Below the pieces are notes generated by a model. It worked only from the letters and a program-made list of their open reading frames with translations. It did no database searches and was not told the origin of the DNA. Both the position numbers and the translations under genes were made by a program. A DNA stretch of 64,000 nt from contig JBNKPU010000010.1 of NCBI GenBank assembly GCA_050295515.1, positions 10,826-74,825 on the forward strand, given 5' to 3'. This DNA is from Bacteroidales bacterium. GTDB taxonomy: Bacteria; Bacteroidota; Bacteroidia; Bacteroidales; UBA10428. Below, piece by piece: positions 9,860 through 19,882 of this stretch (positions are counted from its first letter, which is position 1; every line of letters begins with the position of its first letter).

Positions 9860-11092
9860 ATGGCAAAAGGCAAAGAACATAAACCACATATTGGGATTTT
9901 TGGCAGGCGAAACTATGGTAAAAGTTCACTGATTAATTTGCTTTCCGCACAGGATATCTCGATTGTGTCGGAAACAGAGGGCACAACGACTGATCCGGTT
10001 AAAAAATCGGTTGAAGTTCATGGTCTGGGTCCGGTAATCTTTATTGATACTGCCGGTATTGATGATAAAGGAGCCCTTGGAGCCATGCGCGTATCAAAAT
10101 CAATAAAAACCATTGAACAAATCGATATGGCCTTATTGGTCATTGCCAACAATGAGTTTGGCAGCCATGAAAAGAACCTGATTGATAAATTTAGAGCCTA
10201 TAAAACACCATTTCTAATTGTATCAAACCGAAATGATGATGTACCTCTTGAAAAGACTTTCAAAGAGCTTATCGAGAAAGAATACACACTGGAAATTTTT
10301 CCCTTCAGTACAATAAAAAGCAATGACGCTGAAAAAGAAATATTGCTAAAAAAAATTAAGGCAATTATGCCCGATACAGCATGGAAAAAACCCTCGCTAC
10401 TCGGTGACCTCGTAAGTTATGGTGATATAGTTTTGCTTATTGCACCTATTGACATTGAAGCTCCTGAAGGAAGGTTGATATTACCTCAAGTACAGACCAT
10501 TAGGGATATTTTGGACAATGATTGTACAGCTATTGTACTTAAGGAGCGGGAGGTTGACTCTTTTTTGCGTAAAACGGGCATTAAGCCCAAATTAGTTGTT
10601 ACTGACAGCCAGGTGTTTTTAAAGGCAGATGCTTCCATTCCTAAAGATATACCTCTCACCAGCTTTAGCATTCTGTTGGCAAAACAAAAGGGAGATTTTT
10701 ACAATTACATAGAAGGCACACCAAAGATCGGTGAGCTCAAAGATGGCGATAGGATTTTGCTATTGGAGTCTTGTACACACCATGTTTCGTGCGATGATAT
10801 CGGACGGGTAAAAATCCCTCGATGGATAAGCAGCTACACAGGTAAAAGAATAGAATATGATACTGTTGCCGGATTAGACAACTTGCCACGCCCAATTGAA
10901 GACTATGCACTGGTAATCCAGTGTGGCGGATGCATGATTACCCAAAAACAACTGCAAAACAGGCTTAAAGAGGCAATTGACAAAAAAATTCCTGTAAGCA
11001 ACTATGGTATGTCCATCGCTTATGTTCAAGGGATATTTAGCAGGGCAGTTAAGCCTTTTACCAATCTGTCTATAGAGGAGGATTATTTATAA
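9860..11092 (+). CDS. hydF: [FeFe] hydrogenase H-cluster maturation GTPase HydF
   Basis: N-terminal GTPase (GRRNYGKSSLIN, DTAG). C-terminal Fe-S motif C305-x-H307...Q354-C355-x-x-C358. Length 410 aa. Confidence 0.9.
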   Translation: MAKGKEHKPHIGIFGRRNYGKSSLINLLSAQDISIVSETEGTTTDPVKKSVEVHGLGPVIFIDTAGIDDKGALGAMRVSKSIKTIEQIDMALLVIANNEFGSHEKNLIDKFRAYKTPFLIVSNRNDDVPLEKTFKELIEKEYTLEIFPFSTIKSNDAEKEILLKKIKAIMPDTAWKKPSLLGDLVSYGDIVLLIAPIDIEAPEGRLILPQVQTIRDILDNDCTAIVLKEREVDSFLRKTGIKPKLVVTDSQVFLKADASIPKDIPLTSFSILLAKQKGDFYNYIEGTPKIGELKDGDRILLLESCTHHVSCDDIGRVKIPRWISSYTGKRIEYDTVAGLDNLPRPIEDYALVIQCGGCMITQKQLQNRLKEAIDKKIPVSNYGMSIAYVQGIFSRAVKPFTNLSIEEDYL

Positions 11093-11203
11093 ATTTTGAA
11101 TGCTTAAGCGGAGATTGGTTGGATGTCAAAAAAACAAAAGTCAAATGTAAATTCGTTCTTTCTTATATGCCCATCCTGAAGCAAGGGAATAATAGAAAAT
11201 ACC

Positions 11204-13138
11204 TTAATTAGTTTTGTCTAATTTTTTTTCCAGCATTAAATTGTATTTCTTCAACTTCGAATCCACAATCCTTTTGCTTTTTTGTGCATTTGCCCGTATA
11301 GATTTAGCGATCATTTTTTCATGCATGTACTTGGCCTCATGGTATTCATAGGTATCTTTATACCAGGCATTAAATCTGCGGCTTTCTCTTTTAATAGCCT
11401 TGCGCTGGTATTTTAATGCTTTCAGGTTAATCTTGTTTTCATCAGCCTGAAGCATGTTGTGCCGATCCAATTTTCCAGTATATACCCTTGATTGCTCATA
11501 ACTTGTTATAAGATCCATCAATACCTTGTTGTGCTCTTGTTTTATTGAATCAGAAAAATTTGTTTCCTTGTAGAGTTTTTTCAGAATACCACTCTGCTGT
11601 TTTAATGATGATTGCAGCAGATTGACATTGGAATAAAAATCTGTCGATTTCTTGCGCATTATTCGTTTAGAACTTTTCTTTTTTGCCAAAAGATCAGCAA
11701 TTGCATAATATTCAGACACCAAATTATCTACATTTGCTTTAATTTTATCTTCATCGATCTGGTCAAGATATACTATTAAATCATGAATCACACCAGCAAA
11801 AACATTATTGCCATATTCAATACTATCATCCAATTGTGCATCTCGTTCAATTCTTTGATCAATAACCAGGAAGAGAGAATCAGATTTTGAAACAAGACTA
11901 TCGTTACTTGCACGAAGGGATAATAATTCAGCATACATCTCATTTACTTTCTTAAAATCGATTTTTACTGTGTCATTTTCTGCACCATCAGGGATAATCC
12001 TTAGTTTTGCCCGCTCTGCCCTGAGCAAATATGATTCTTGTTTTTTTCGGAATGAGCCTGACCTGCCCACTATGGATTTGTTCCCCGATCTGAAGGAGCT
12101 TTTTGCAGATCTTGCTTTAGAATCAACTTTACGAGCTATGCGATTTTGGCTTGACTCCAGTTTTTTTAATTCTGTCTTGCGCACCCTATATACCGAGTCG
12201 TTGATTTCAATATGCCGTTGTATGGCTTCTAAAATGATTCCATAATCCCTGGAATACTTTTCGAATAGTCCTAAGTTCGAAGCCCTTATTTCCCTATCTA
12301 TATCATAAGGTGATGATAGAGCTACATATCCGTTAGCCAAATCAAAATAATTATGAGGATTGAACTGGTTGCCTGTAATCCCTTCCTGTTTCATGATATG
12401 CTCCCGCTCTTTGCCCTGCAATTGCTGCAGGTTATTTGCATATTCAGAATATGGCTCTTTCTGTAAGACTGAATCCTTTTCAAAGGAAACAAAGCTATAG
12501 GGTAAACTAGTATTAAACCAGGCTGGTTCGAGCGGATAATGTGTGAGCACCAATGAATCCGCAGGTATATCAAACCAGAAATCATTCTTTTCCGCTTTAT
12601 AAGTCAGTTTATTCTTTGGCGAGTTTATCCCGGTCAGTTTGTTCAGTAGTTTTCTGTGCAACCGCGATTTCAAATATAGGTGACCTGCACCCCAGGTAGG
12701 ATCAGCAAACTTCCATGAAGAATCGGCATAAAAAACCACCCAGCTGTGCTCTGCGCGTAAAAATGGCATGCCTTTATAATACCTAAATCCTTTGCTATAC
12801 CCAGACACAACGTAACTCTCGATTCCAACAGTATTGCACAATTCAGAATAGATTAAGGAATATTCATAACAAACACCTCGCTGCTTTGAGAGTATCTCTT
12901 GTGGGGAATAATTGGGCAATTCAAACCTTTTAAAAGATTTTATATCATAAATTATATTTGCAGTAACCCAATCATAAATTTGTTTGGCCTGGACGTAGTC
13001 ACTTTCGCTTGTATCTACTATGGTTAAGGCAAATTTATCCAGCTTCTCCTGGGCATGGATTATCCCAAAATGAAAAACAAAAAGCAACAATGGCAAAGTT
13101 AGCTTTTGAAACATACTGAATTTGAAATATTTGTACAA
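11204..13138 (-). CDS. secreted transglutaminase-like (papain-fold) protein with ~400-aa Lys/Arg-rich helical tail
   Basis: Signal peptide. Transglutaminase core GVCYEYSLIY...AEHSWVVFYADSSWKFADPTWG (Cys-His-Asp arrangement). The C-terminal half is low-complexity and coiled-coil-like. Confidence 0.75.
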   Translation of the reverse strand: MYKYFKFSMFQKLTLPLLLFVFHFGIIHAQEKLDKFALTIVDTSESDYVQAKQIYDWVTANIIYDIKSFKRFELPNYSPQEILSKQRGVCYEYSLIYSELCNTVGIESYVVSGYSKGFRYYKGMPFLRAEHSWVVFYADSSWKFADPTWGAGHLYLKSRLHRKLLNKLTGINSPKNKLTYKAEKNDFWFDIPADSLVLTHYPLEPAWFNTSLPYSFVSFEKDSVLQKEPYSEYANNLQQLQGKEREHIMKQEGITGNQFNPHNYFDLANGYVALSSPYDIDREIRASNLGLFEKYSRDYGIILEAIQRHIEINDSVYRVRKTELKKLESSQNRIARKVDSKARSAKSSFRSGNKSIVGRSGSFRKKQESYLLRAERAKLRIIPDGAENDTVKIDFKKVNEMYAELLSLRASNDSLVSKSDSLFLVIDQRIERDAQLDDSIEYGNNVFAGVIHDLIVYLDQIDEDKIKANVDNLVSEYYAIADLLAKKKSSKRIMRKKSTDFYSNVNLLQSSLKQQSGILKKLYKETNFSDSIKQEHNKVLMDLITSYEQSRVYTGKLDRHNMLQADENKINLKALKYQRKAIKRESRRFNAWYKDTYEYHEAKYMHEKMIAKSIRANAQKSKRIVDSKLKKYNLMLEKKLDKTN

Positions 13139-13222
13139 TAATAAATAAAACTGCAGTTGAAAAAAAGTTTAATTGCCCTAACAATTGTGAATAACTCTTG
13201 TTTACACAAGAAAATTGTGTTT

Positions 13223-14767
13223 TTAGGTTTCTTTTTGCATGCCTGGAAGTGTGAAACTAAATATACTGCCATTTCCATTGGTGCTTTCAAACCAGATCGA
13301 ACCGCCATGTCTTTCGACAAAATCCCTACATACAAGCAATCCAAGCCCGGTACCAGATTCTTTTTCTGTTCCGTGCGTTGTATATTGTGCTTTGGGATCA
13401 AATATTAATTTCTTTCTCTCATCCTTAATTCCAATTCCATTATCAGTAATTGAGAAACTAAAATCTGAATTTTTATTTCTAGAAACAGTAATCTTTACTT
13501 CTCCACCCCTATAAGAATATTTGATCGCATTAGATATTAAATTTCTAAATATGGCTTTGAGCATATTGATATCTGCACATACAATAAGATCTGAATCGAT
13601 CAAATTCAGTATAATTATCTTCTTTTCATCTATAACACCTGCAAGAAGCTTAAAAATTTCATCCAACACCTCTGACAGTTTTACATGCTCTGGCAAGAAC
13701 CTTATTTTATTGTTTTGAGCCCCTGCCCAGTCCAGCAGGTTAACCAAGAGTTCATAACCTTTGTTTGCTGATAATTTTAAAAGTCTGCCGTATTTTTGCA
13801 TTCTTTCCAAATCGCCGTTTTCAATGGCCTCTAACAATACATCCGTCAAGCCTGCCATTATTCCTATTGGGTTTTTAAGATCATGGGCAATAATAGAAAA
13901 CAATCTTTCCTTGGTATTATTTAGCTCCTGCAGTTCAATTTCCTGTAATTTTTTTTCAGTGATATCCTGAAATATCCCTTTGACACCAATATGCCCCCCA
14001 TACTTGTCGCAAAATGGCTTTCCTTGAATAATAATATATTTGATCTTGTTATGTTTGTCCTTTATCTGGTATTCATCGACATATCCCCTTCCAGTTTTTT
14101 TTATGAATATATCGTCGAAGAGATCATAAACATTATATATTTTATCGATTTGCAAATGCTTTTTTAGAATTATTTTAGGATTCTCTTCATCAGGTTTATA
14201 ACCAAATATGTGGAACAGTTCATCTGACCAAACAAACTCTTCTGAATTCAAGTAATACTTCCAGGAGCCAATTCTTGCCAATCGATGAGCTTCTATTAAT
14301 TGTTCATTCTTTTGTTTAATTTCATCCTCAGCTTTTCTTTTTTCTGTTATTTCATTAAAAACAATAATGAGAAAACCATTGAGGTAATTATATATTAACT
14401 CTACAAGCTTTTCTTTACCTATTTTGGATACCAGCTTAAATTCACGCTTTATTTCCTTTTCGCTGCCCGAAAAAAGTTTGTCAATATCGTCATTCCATAA
14501 TTCAAGCATGGCATTACAGTATTCCTCTTTTTTGCAATAAGACCACACCCAGTCACTAAATGTGTTTAACTCTTTAAATGTGTATCCGAAAACAGAGGTA
14601 AACTTTTGGTTGACAAACACAAACTCACCTTCCTCGGTAAGTATTGCAAGAGCCTGAGGTATAGAAGCTATTAAGCGAAGAAAAAACTTTGAATCAGTTT
14701 GATCTGCTTTAATTTCCAGCTCTTTAAAAATATTTGATTTTGTATGAGAAAACGTTTTTGAATGCAC
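13223..14767 (-). CDS. PAS-domain sensor histidine kinase (no TM segment evident)
   Basis: H-box FSIIAHDLKNPIG, N-box NLISNAIKYS, G1 DNGIGI, G2 GTGLGL. Two PAS-like regions lie upstream. Confidence 0.88.
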   Translation of the reverse strand: MHSKTFSHTKSNIFKELEIKADQTDSKFFLRLIASIPQALAILTEEGEFVFVNQKFTSVFGYTFKELNTFSDWVWSYCKKEEYCNAMLELWNDDIDKLFSGSEKEIKREFKLVSKIGKEKLVELIYNYLNGFLIIVFNEITEKRKAEDEIKQKNEQLIEAHRLARIGSWKYYLNSEEFVWSDELFHIFGYKPDEENPKIILKKHLQIDKIYNVYDLFDDIFIKKTGRGYVDEYQIKDKHNKIKYIIIQGKPFCDKYGGHIGVKGIFQDITEKKLQEIELQELNNTKERLFSIIAHDLKNPIGIMAGLTDVLLEAIENGDLERMQKYGRLLKLSANKGYELLVNLLDWAGAQNNKIRFLPEHVKLSEVLDEIFKLLAGVIDEKKIIILNLIDSDLIVCADINMLKAIFRNLISNAIKYSYRGGEVKITVSRNKNSDFSFSITDNGIGIKDERKKLIFDPKAQYTTHGTEKESGTGLGLLVCRDFVERHGGSIWFESTNGNGSIFSFTLPGMQKET

Positions 14768-14882
14768 GCCTTTAGGTATCTATTTTTGTTTAATCCTCAC
14801 AGAATATCTTTATATAAGGTAATAAATATATCTGAGAATTATAGTTAAAAGAAGCTTAAAAAAATAACCAACATGATAAATA

Positions 14883-16184
14883 TCACAAAAAATAGACCAG
14901 ATGTAGGTATACAGATACGATTATTATTGAGACAAACATTAGCGGCAATCCTATTTTAGCATAATCCAAAAACTTTAAGGGGTATTTGGTTTTTTGGGAA
15001 AATCCCGCTACAATTATATTTGCGGCAGCGCCAATTATGGTGCCATTGCCTCCAAAACATGCCCCTAACGAGAGTGCCCACCATAAAGGATCAATATTGC
15101 CTCCTGCCGCCTCACCCATTGTCTCAATAACTGAAATCATTGTTGCGGTATAAGGAATACTGTTGATAAAAGTTGTGCTTAATGCTGATACCCATAAAAC
15201 AAGTTGAGTGGCTGCACTGAGGTTGCCATGGGTCATTTTTATCATTTTATCAGAAACATAAGCAATAACACCTGTTTTTTCGAGCCCACCTACCAGGATA
15301 AACAGACCGATAAAAAAAAACAATGTGGCCCATTCAACCTCTTTCAATATTTCTTCAGGATCTTCACGGGTGACCAACATTAGTAAAAAGCCCCCTCCTA
15401 AAGCCAATGATGCAAGAGAAATCTCATGCAGATGCTGCGTTACGAAGGCTAAAATAATTAGCCCAAAGACTACCAAGCACTTAATCAATAATTTTTTGTC
15501 CTGAATGGCCCTATTCTCGTTAAATGCCTCCAATTTTTCTTTGTTTATCTCTGAAGCATTAAGCTTCTTATAATATATTAACCTGAGTAAAAAGAAAGTA
15601 ACAATTGATACAATAACCACTACCGGAAGGTTGTTTTGAATAAATTCGGTAAAGCCTAAGTGAGTGGCCCCTCCAATCATTATGTTTGGTGGATCGCCAA
15701 TTAGTGTTGCAGCACCGCCAATATTAGAAAAAAGTATTTCAGAAATCAATATGGGGGTTGGGGTAATTTTCAGTGTTTCGGCTACGGCAAAAGTAATGGG
15801 CACAACAATTAACACAGTTGTTACATTGTCCAAAAATGCTGACAAAACACCTGTCACAATTGATAATACAACAAGCATTTTCCATGGATTTCCTGCAGTT
15901 AGTTTAACCCCCTTGATTGCGATATATTCAAACAATCCTGATTTACGCATAACAGTGACTGTTATCATCATACCACATAACAGTCCAACAGTATCAAAGT
16001 CTATAAAATCAATAGCTTCCTCTTGTGACACTATATGAAAAGCGACAAGCAAAAAGGCTCCCACAGATGCAGCTACAGCATTCGGCAGTTTCTCTGTTGT
16101 AATAAAAGTAAAGGTCAACAGAAAAACACAAAGAGTGATTATAGTTCCATAACCCGATATATTTAAAGCTAGTGCTTCAATCAT
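14883..16184 (-). CDS. ArsB/NhaD/CitT-type (ion transporter superfamily) anion permease
   Basis: 433 aa and about 10-12 TM. Composition and motifs resemble the ArsB/NhaD permease family (..GGAATLIGDPPNIMIG..). Confidence 0.75.
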   Translation of the reverse strand: MIEALALNISGYGTIITLCVFLLTFTFITTEKLPNAVAASVGAFLLVAFHIVSQEEAIDFIDFDTVGLLCGMMITVTVMRKSGLFEYIAIKGVKLTAGNPWKMLVVLSIVTGVLSAFLDNVTTVLIVVPITFAVAETLKITPTPILISEILFSNIGGAATLIGDPPNIMIGGATHLGFTEFIQNNLPVVVIVSIVTFFLLRLIYYKKLNASEINKEKLEAFNENRAIQDKKLLIKCLVVFGLIILAFVTQHLHEISLASLALGGGFLLMLVTREDPEEILKEVEWATLFFFIGLFILVGGLEKTGVIAYVSDKMIKMTHGNLSAATQLVLWVSALSTTFINSIPYTATMISVIETMGEAAGGNIDPLWWALSLGACFGGNGTIIGAAANIIVAGFSQKTKYPLKFLDYAKIGLPLMFVSIIIVSVYLHLVYFL

Positions 16185-16634
16185 CTATTCTTTTTTATCT
16201 TCGAGTGATATAGACAAGATTTCAATTCTGGTTATCATTCCTATAACCAATTTTCCTTTAAGGACAGGAAGCATAGGCACATTAGCTCTTGAAAGCAAAT
16301 CTGCGGCATAGGACATAGAATCATCTGGGCTTACCCAAGGATACTTTTTATCAACAAGTGTAGACACTTTTTCATCGAGAATGCCATGAAGATAGGATGC
16401 AATCTGATCAACATCTGCCATAAAAGAGGTATTGTAGATCGATTTGATGTAAGAGGGTATTGCTGCCTCAAGAATATCCTGTTCGCTGATACACCCTACA
16501 TAATCACCAAAACGATTAACAACAGGTAAGGCTCTTAACCTATGTAGCCGCATAGTGTTAATTACTTTTCTGATGCTGGTATCTTCACAGACTGACGAGA
16601 GGTCTTTAAATAAATAGTTTTTCACCCTTTTCAT
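16185..16634 (-). CDS. CBS-pair domain protein
   Basis: 149 aa with two CBS-like repeats. Abuts the permease start and overlaps the pfkB-like stop by 4 nt. Confidence 0.75.
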   Translation of the reverse strand: MKRVKNYLFKDLSSVCEDTSIRKVINTMRLHRLRALPVVNRFGDYVGCISEQDILEAAIPSYIKSIYNTSFMADVDQIASYLHGILDEKVSTLVDKKYPWVSPDDSMSYAADLLSRANVPMLPVLKGKLVIGMITRIEILSISLEDKKE

Positions 16635-17578
16635 TCCACTTCCTCCAGTGAAATTCGTTTAATATTTGAGACAATCAGATCAATATCCCTTATTTCTTTG
16701 TATAAATCTTCAACATCTGTCAATCCGGCTGCTGAGGCGAAAAGCATAGTTTCCTTTATAGACTTGTTTTGCAGTAGGGCATGTGTAAAACCAGAAATAA
16801 AAGCATCGCCATACCCCAACATATTTACAATCTTTAAATCTTGGGGCCTCAATATGTAAGACTTTTCCCGAGTTATTACCACAACATTTTCAATCCTATG
16901 AATAAACATAACACACTCTGTTTCTGGCGAGTGGGTTAGGATATATCTTCCTGCCTCCAAAAATTTGGAAATACCGTCAACTTCTTTTCCAAACAAAACA
17001 TGGTTGCTTCTCATGTCAGGCACAATAATATAAGGAGAAGCTTTTAGGTAACATTCTGTATGGTCAGGGTTGGTATGAAGGATTGATCTCACTTTTCTAT
17101 TTCGTGCAAGAGTAATCATCCTGCACATCAGATCTTCATTGGCTCCCTTTGGCAAGGAACCCGCAATAACCAGAAATTTTGCTCTATTCAAAGCCCTTTC
17201 GAATGATTCTAAGAAATAGGATATATCTTCTTCGTTGACTTTCTGTCCAAAGTCATTGATTTCAGTTAGGGTTTCGTTGGTCCTGTCAAGAATTGAGGTG
17301 TTTGTGCGGGTATTTCCTTCGGTAAATATGAAGTTTGTTGTGATACCTTCTTGATGTAAATAGTCGCAAAGCATATGTCCTGAATGCCCTGCTGCAAATC
17401 CAGATGCTATTACTTCATTGCCCAATGCTTTAAGGTTCCTTGCTATGTTTACACCTTTCCCTCCAGCAGATAGAATACTAAATTCTCCTTCTTCTAACCG
17501 GTGTAACTTGTGCAATTCAAAACTATTTAGAACAAGCACTTTGTCTATGGCAGGATTTAAAGTAACTGTTAATATCAT
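16631..17578 (-). CDS. PfkB-family sugar-phosphate kinase (1-phosphofructokinase / tagatose-6-P kinase type)
   Basis: TVTLNPAIDK N-terminus, GGKGVNIA, C-terminal GYGDAFISGF (GxGD) motif. Confidence 0.88.
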   Translation of the reverse strand: MILTVTLNPAIDKVLVLNSFELHKLHRLEEGEFSILSAGGKGVNIARNLKALGNEVIASGFAAGHSGHMLCDYLHQEGITTNFIFTEGNTRTNTSILDRTNETLTEINDFGQKVNEEDISYFLESFERALNRAKFLVIAGSLPKGANEDLMCRMITLARNRKVRSILHTNPDHTECYLKASPYIIVPDMRSNHVLFGKEVDGISKFLEAGRYILTHSPETECVMFIHRIENVVVITREKSYILRPQDLKIVNMLGYGDAFISGFTHALLQNKSIKETMLFASAAGLTDVEDLYKEIRDIDLIVSNIKRISLEEVE

Positions 17579-17583
17579 AATAG

Positions 17584-17646
17584 TTTCGGCGATTACTCAT
17601 TATCAATACAACCAAGGTATCTAAATATAATGAATAATCGCCGAAA
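17584..17646. promoter_or_regulatory. 20-bp inverted repeat (19/20) with 23-nt spacer directly upstream of the pfkB-like start
   Basis: TTTCGGCGATTACTCATTAT (17584-17603) versus ATAATGAATAATCGCCGAAA (17627-17646). Confidence 0.5.
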
Positions 17647-17691
17647 AATGAAATTTAACAAACAGAATAACCTGACTACCAGACTTTAGAG

Positions 17692-19704
17692 CTAATTCAC
17701 ATCACTCCTGAAGGGAGAGGCTGGCAATCCTTCTTTATTGAAGAGGTTAGGTTCTGCTGTATCCCTCCATCCAAATCTGATTTTTTGTGGATCTTTCACT
17801 AAAGCCGAAGATACCACAACTTTATTGCCTTCGATACGGGCCGAAGCATCAAGAAATTTGTTGTCAGGACCTGCCAGTTCAAAATAAGACAGTTCCTCTC
17901 CTTTACTGTCAAGTCCAGAACCAACCGATGTAAATTCAACAACCACATTTCCGTCCTTTTCATAAGCTGATTTGAACTGGGGCCCTGAGGCTATAATACC
18001 TTCAACACCATAGTCGTTTTTTAGAGCCAATAGCGCTAGGCGACGCCCAACTTCCTGTTTGTTTCCAGGATGAATATTATTTGGATTTCCAATATCTGTA
18101 GTGACAACCATGCCTACATTCTTCTCCTTGAGGGTCAACAATTGGGCTTCACGCAACTCAGCTGTGGCACTTGGTTCTGTCTCTCCATAGTTAAAAGGTG
18201 CTATCTGAACATAATAGAAAGGAAAATCGCCTAACTGCCATTCATCCCTCCAATTTTTAATCATCTGTGGAAACAAGCTTTGGTACTGCTTTCCCCTGCC
18301 AACATTTGCTTCTCCCTGATACCAAATTGCTCCCTTAATGGTGTACGGTATCAAGGGCTTTAACATTGCATTGTATAGAACTGTAGGAGTATATGCATCA
18401 AAATCGTAATTTATTTTTGGGGCATTTTCATGACTGGTTTCACCATCACCATATATAAAAAGCTTATTCCTGCTAAAGACAGCAATAGGCTTATATTTCC
18501 ATTGGCCAGAAAGGTTGAAAAGCTCTTTGTCCCCTTTTTTTATAGCCAGGTTTTCATTTCCAAAGATACCACCCCCACCCCGGGTATCAATTACTCTTAC
18601 CGCAATTGTATTTTGTCCTTTTTTCAACAGGCCCGAAGGAATAGAATATTCCCTGTCTTTAGACCAGAATCCATCTACTTCAATTCCTCCAACTTTAGTT
18701 CCATTGACATACACTATATCCATGTCATCTATTGGACCAAGAAACAACTTTATACCTTCAGGGTAATGAATATCCTCATAATTAAACGTTTTCCGGAACC
18801 ACACAACTCCATCAAAAATCCCAAGTTCCTGACTTTCCCATAAATTGGGCAATTCCATGGTTTTCCATCCTGAATCATCATAATCAGGAAGTGCCATATC
18901 AAGATCTCCAATATTAAAATCAACAAATGACCCATCTAACAAAGTTTCCTCCATATCCTCACTTTTCAATTTTGAAAGCCATTTATTAAATTCATCTATT
19001 TGTACTACTGCCTCTCCCATACCCTTCTCAATATCTTCATAGCCTTCGACACTGACCAGGTATCTGGTGCTGGTCCACGATTCTGCAGGAGTTCCTCCCC
19101 AACTACTATGAATCAAACCTATTGGAATATCCAACTCATTCTGCAACTGTCTGCCAAAAAAGTAAGCAGTAGCAGAGAATGCCCTGGCGACCTCAGGGGT
19201 ACAAACTTGCCAGCTTCCACTACAGCTATCAAGTGGAGTAAAAGAAATGGCCTTTTCAACCGTATACATGCGTAGTTTAGGGAAATTTGCCTGGTTTATT
19301 TCAGATTGCGAATAGTTAATAGTATCTCTAGACGAAAACCCTTCCAAAGGCATTTCCATATTTGACTGGCCCGAGCACAACCAGACTTCTCCAATTAAAA
19401 CATCTGAAACAACCAACATACTTTTACGGGCTTTAATAGCTATGGTGTATGGACCTCCATATTCGGGAGTCTTTAAATCGCCTTGCCATTTCCCTGATTT
19501 ATCGGTCCTTACACTGACTGACTCGCCCCAAGAAGGTTCTATTGTAACGATAATTCCAGGATCACACGTCCCCCATATTGGGCTATGTGATTTTTGCTGG
19601 AGTACCATATGGTCGGTAAATAAACTTCCTAATTTAATTTCCGGGGTTTGATTGGAGCAACCAATTAAACTAACTATTGAGAGGAAAATAAAAAAACGAT
19701 TCAT
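17692..19704 (-). CDS. sialate/carbohydrate 9-O-acetylesterase family protein, secreted
   Basis: Signal peptide with Cys. GEVWLCSGQSNME and HSSWGGTPAE blocks typical of this esterase family. Confidence 0.85.
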   Translation of the reverse strand: MNRFFIFLSIVSLIGCSNQTPEIKLGSLFTDHMVLQQKSHSPIWGTCDPGIIVTIEPSWGESVSVRTDKSGKWQGDLKTPEYGGPYTIAIKARKSMLVVSDVLIGEVWLCSGQSNMEMPLEGFSSRDTINYSQSEINQANFPKLRMYTVEKAISFTPLDSCSGSWQVCTPEVARAFSATAYFFGRQLQNELDIPIGLIHSSWGGTPAESWTSTRYLVSVEGYEDIEKGMGEAVVQIDEFNKWLSKLKSEDMEETLLDGSFVDFNIGDLDMALPDYDDSGWKTMELPNLWESQELGIFDGVVWFRKTFNYEDIHYPEGIKLFLGPIDDMDIVYVNGTKVGGIEVDGFWSKDREYSIPSGLLKKGQNTIAVRVIDTRGGGGIFGNENLAIKKGDKELFNLSGQWKYKPIAVFSRNKLFIYGDGETSHENAPKINYDFDAYTPTVLYNAMLKPLIPYTIKGAIWYQGEANVGRGKQYQSLFPQMIKNWRDEWQLGDFPFYYVQIAPFNYGETEPSATAELREAQLLTLKEKNVGMVVTTDIGNPNNIHPGNKQEVGRRLALLALKNDYGVEGIIASGPQFKSAYEKDGNVVVEFTSVGSGLDSKGEELSYFELAGPDNKFLDASARIEGNKVVVSSALVKDPQKIRFGWRDTAEPNLFNKEGLPASPFRSDVN

Positions 19705-19882
19705 TGTGACTGTGTATTAAGTGTTGTGTTAATATGGCGGAAATTAATAAAAATCTAATAAATGGTAATTTTTCTATTCTCTTTTTTTATCAAGATTCAC
19801 ATTCTGTTTCAGTAAGCTTTTTTAAAAAACAGGAATATTTTGGCATTATTCTTGTCTTGACAATTTAACCAAGATCCTAATT

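Noticed and set aside
15312-15320. A9 homopolymer inside the permease gene as a phase-variation tract
   Set aside because: It encodes FFF in a TM helix of an AT-rich genome, and there is no evidence of frameshifted alternatives. It is considered ordinary.
15664-16038. 124-aa ORF antisense to the permease gene
   Set aside because: A hydrophobic mirror of a membrane-protein gene. No support.
18430-18843. 137-aa and 83-aa ORFs antisense to the acetylesterase gene
   Set aside because: Shadow ORFs inside a gene with clear family motifs.
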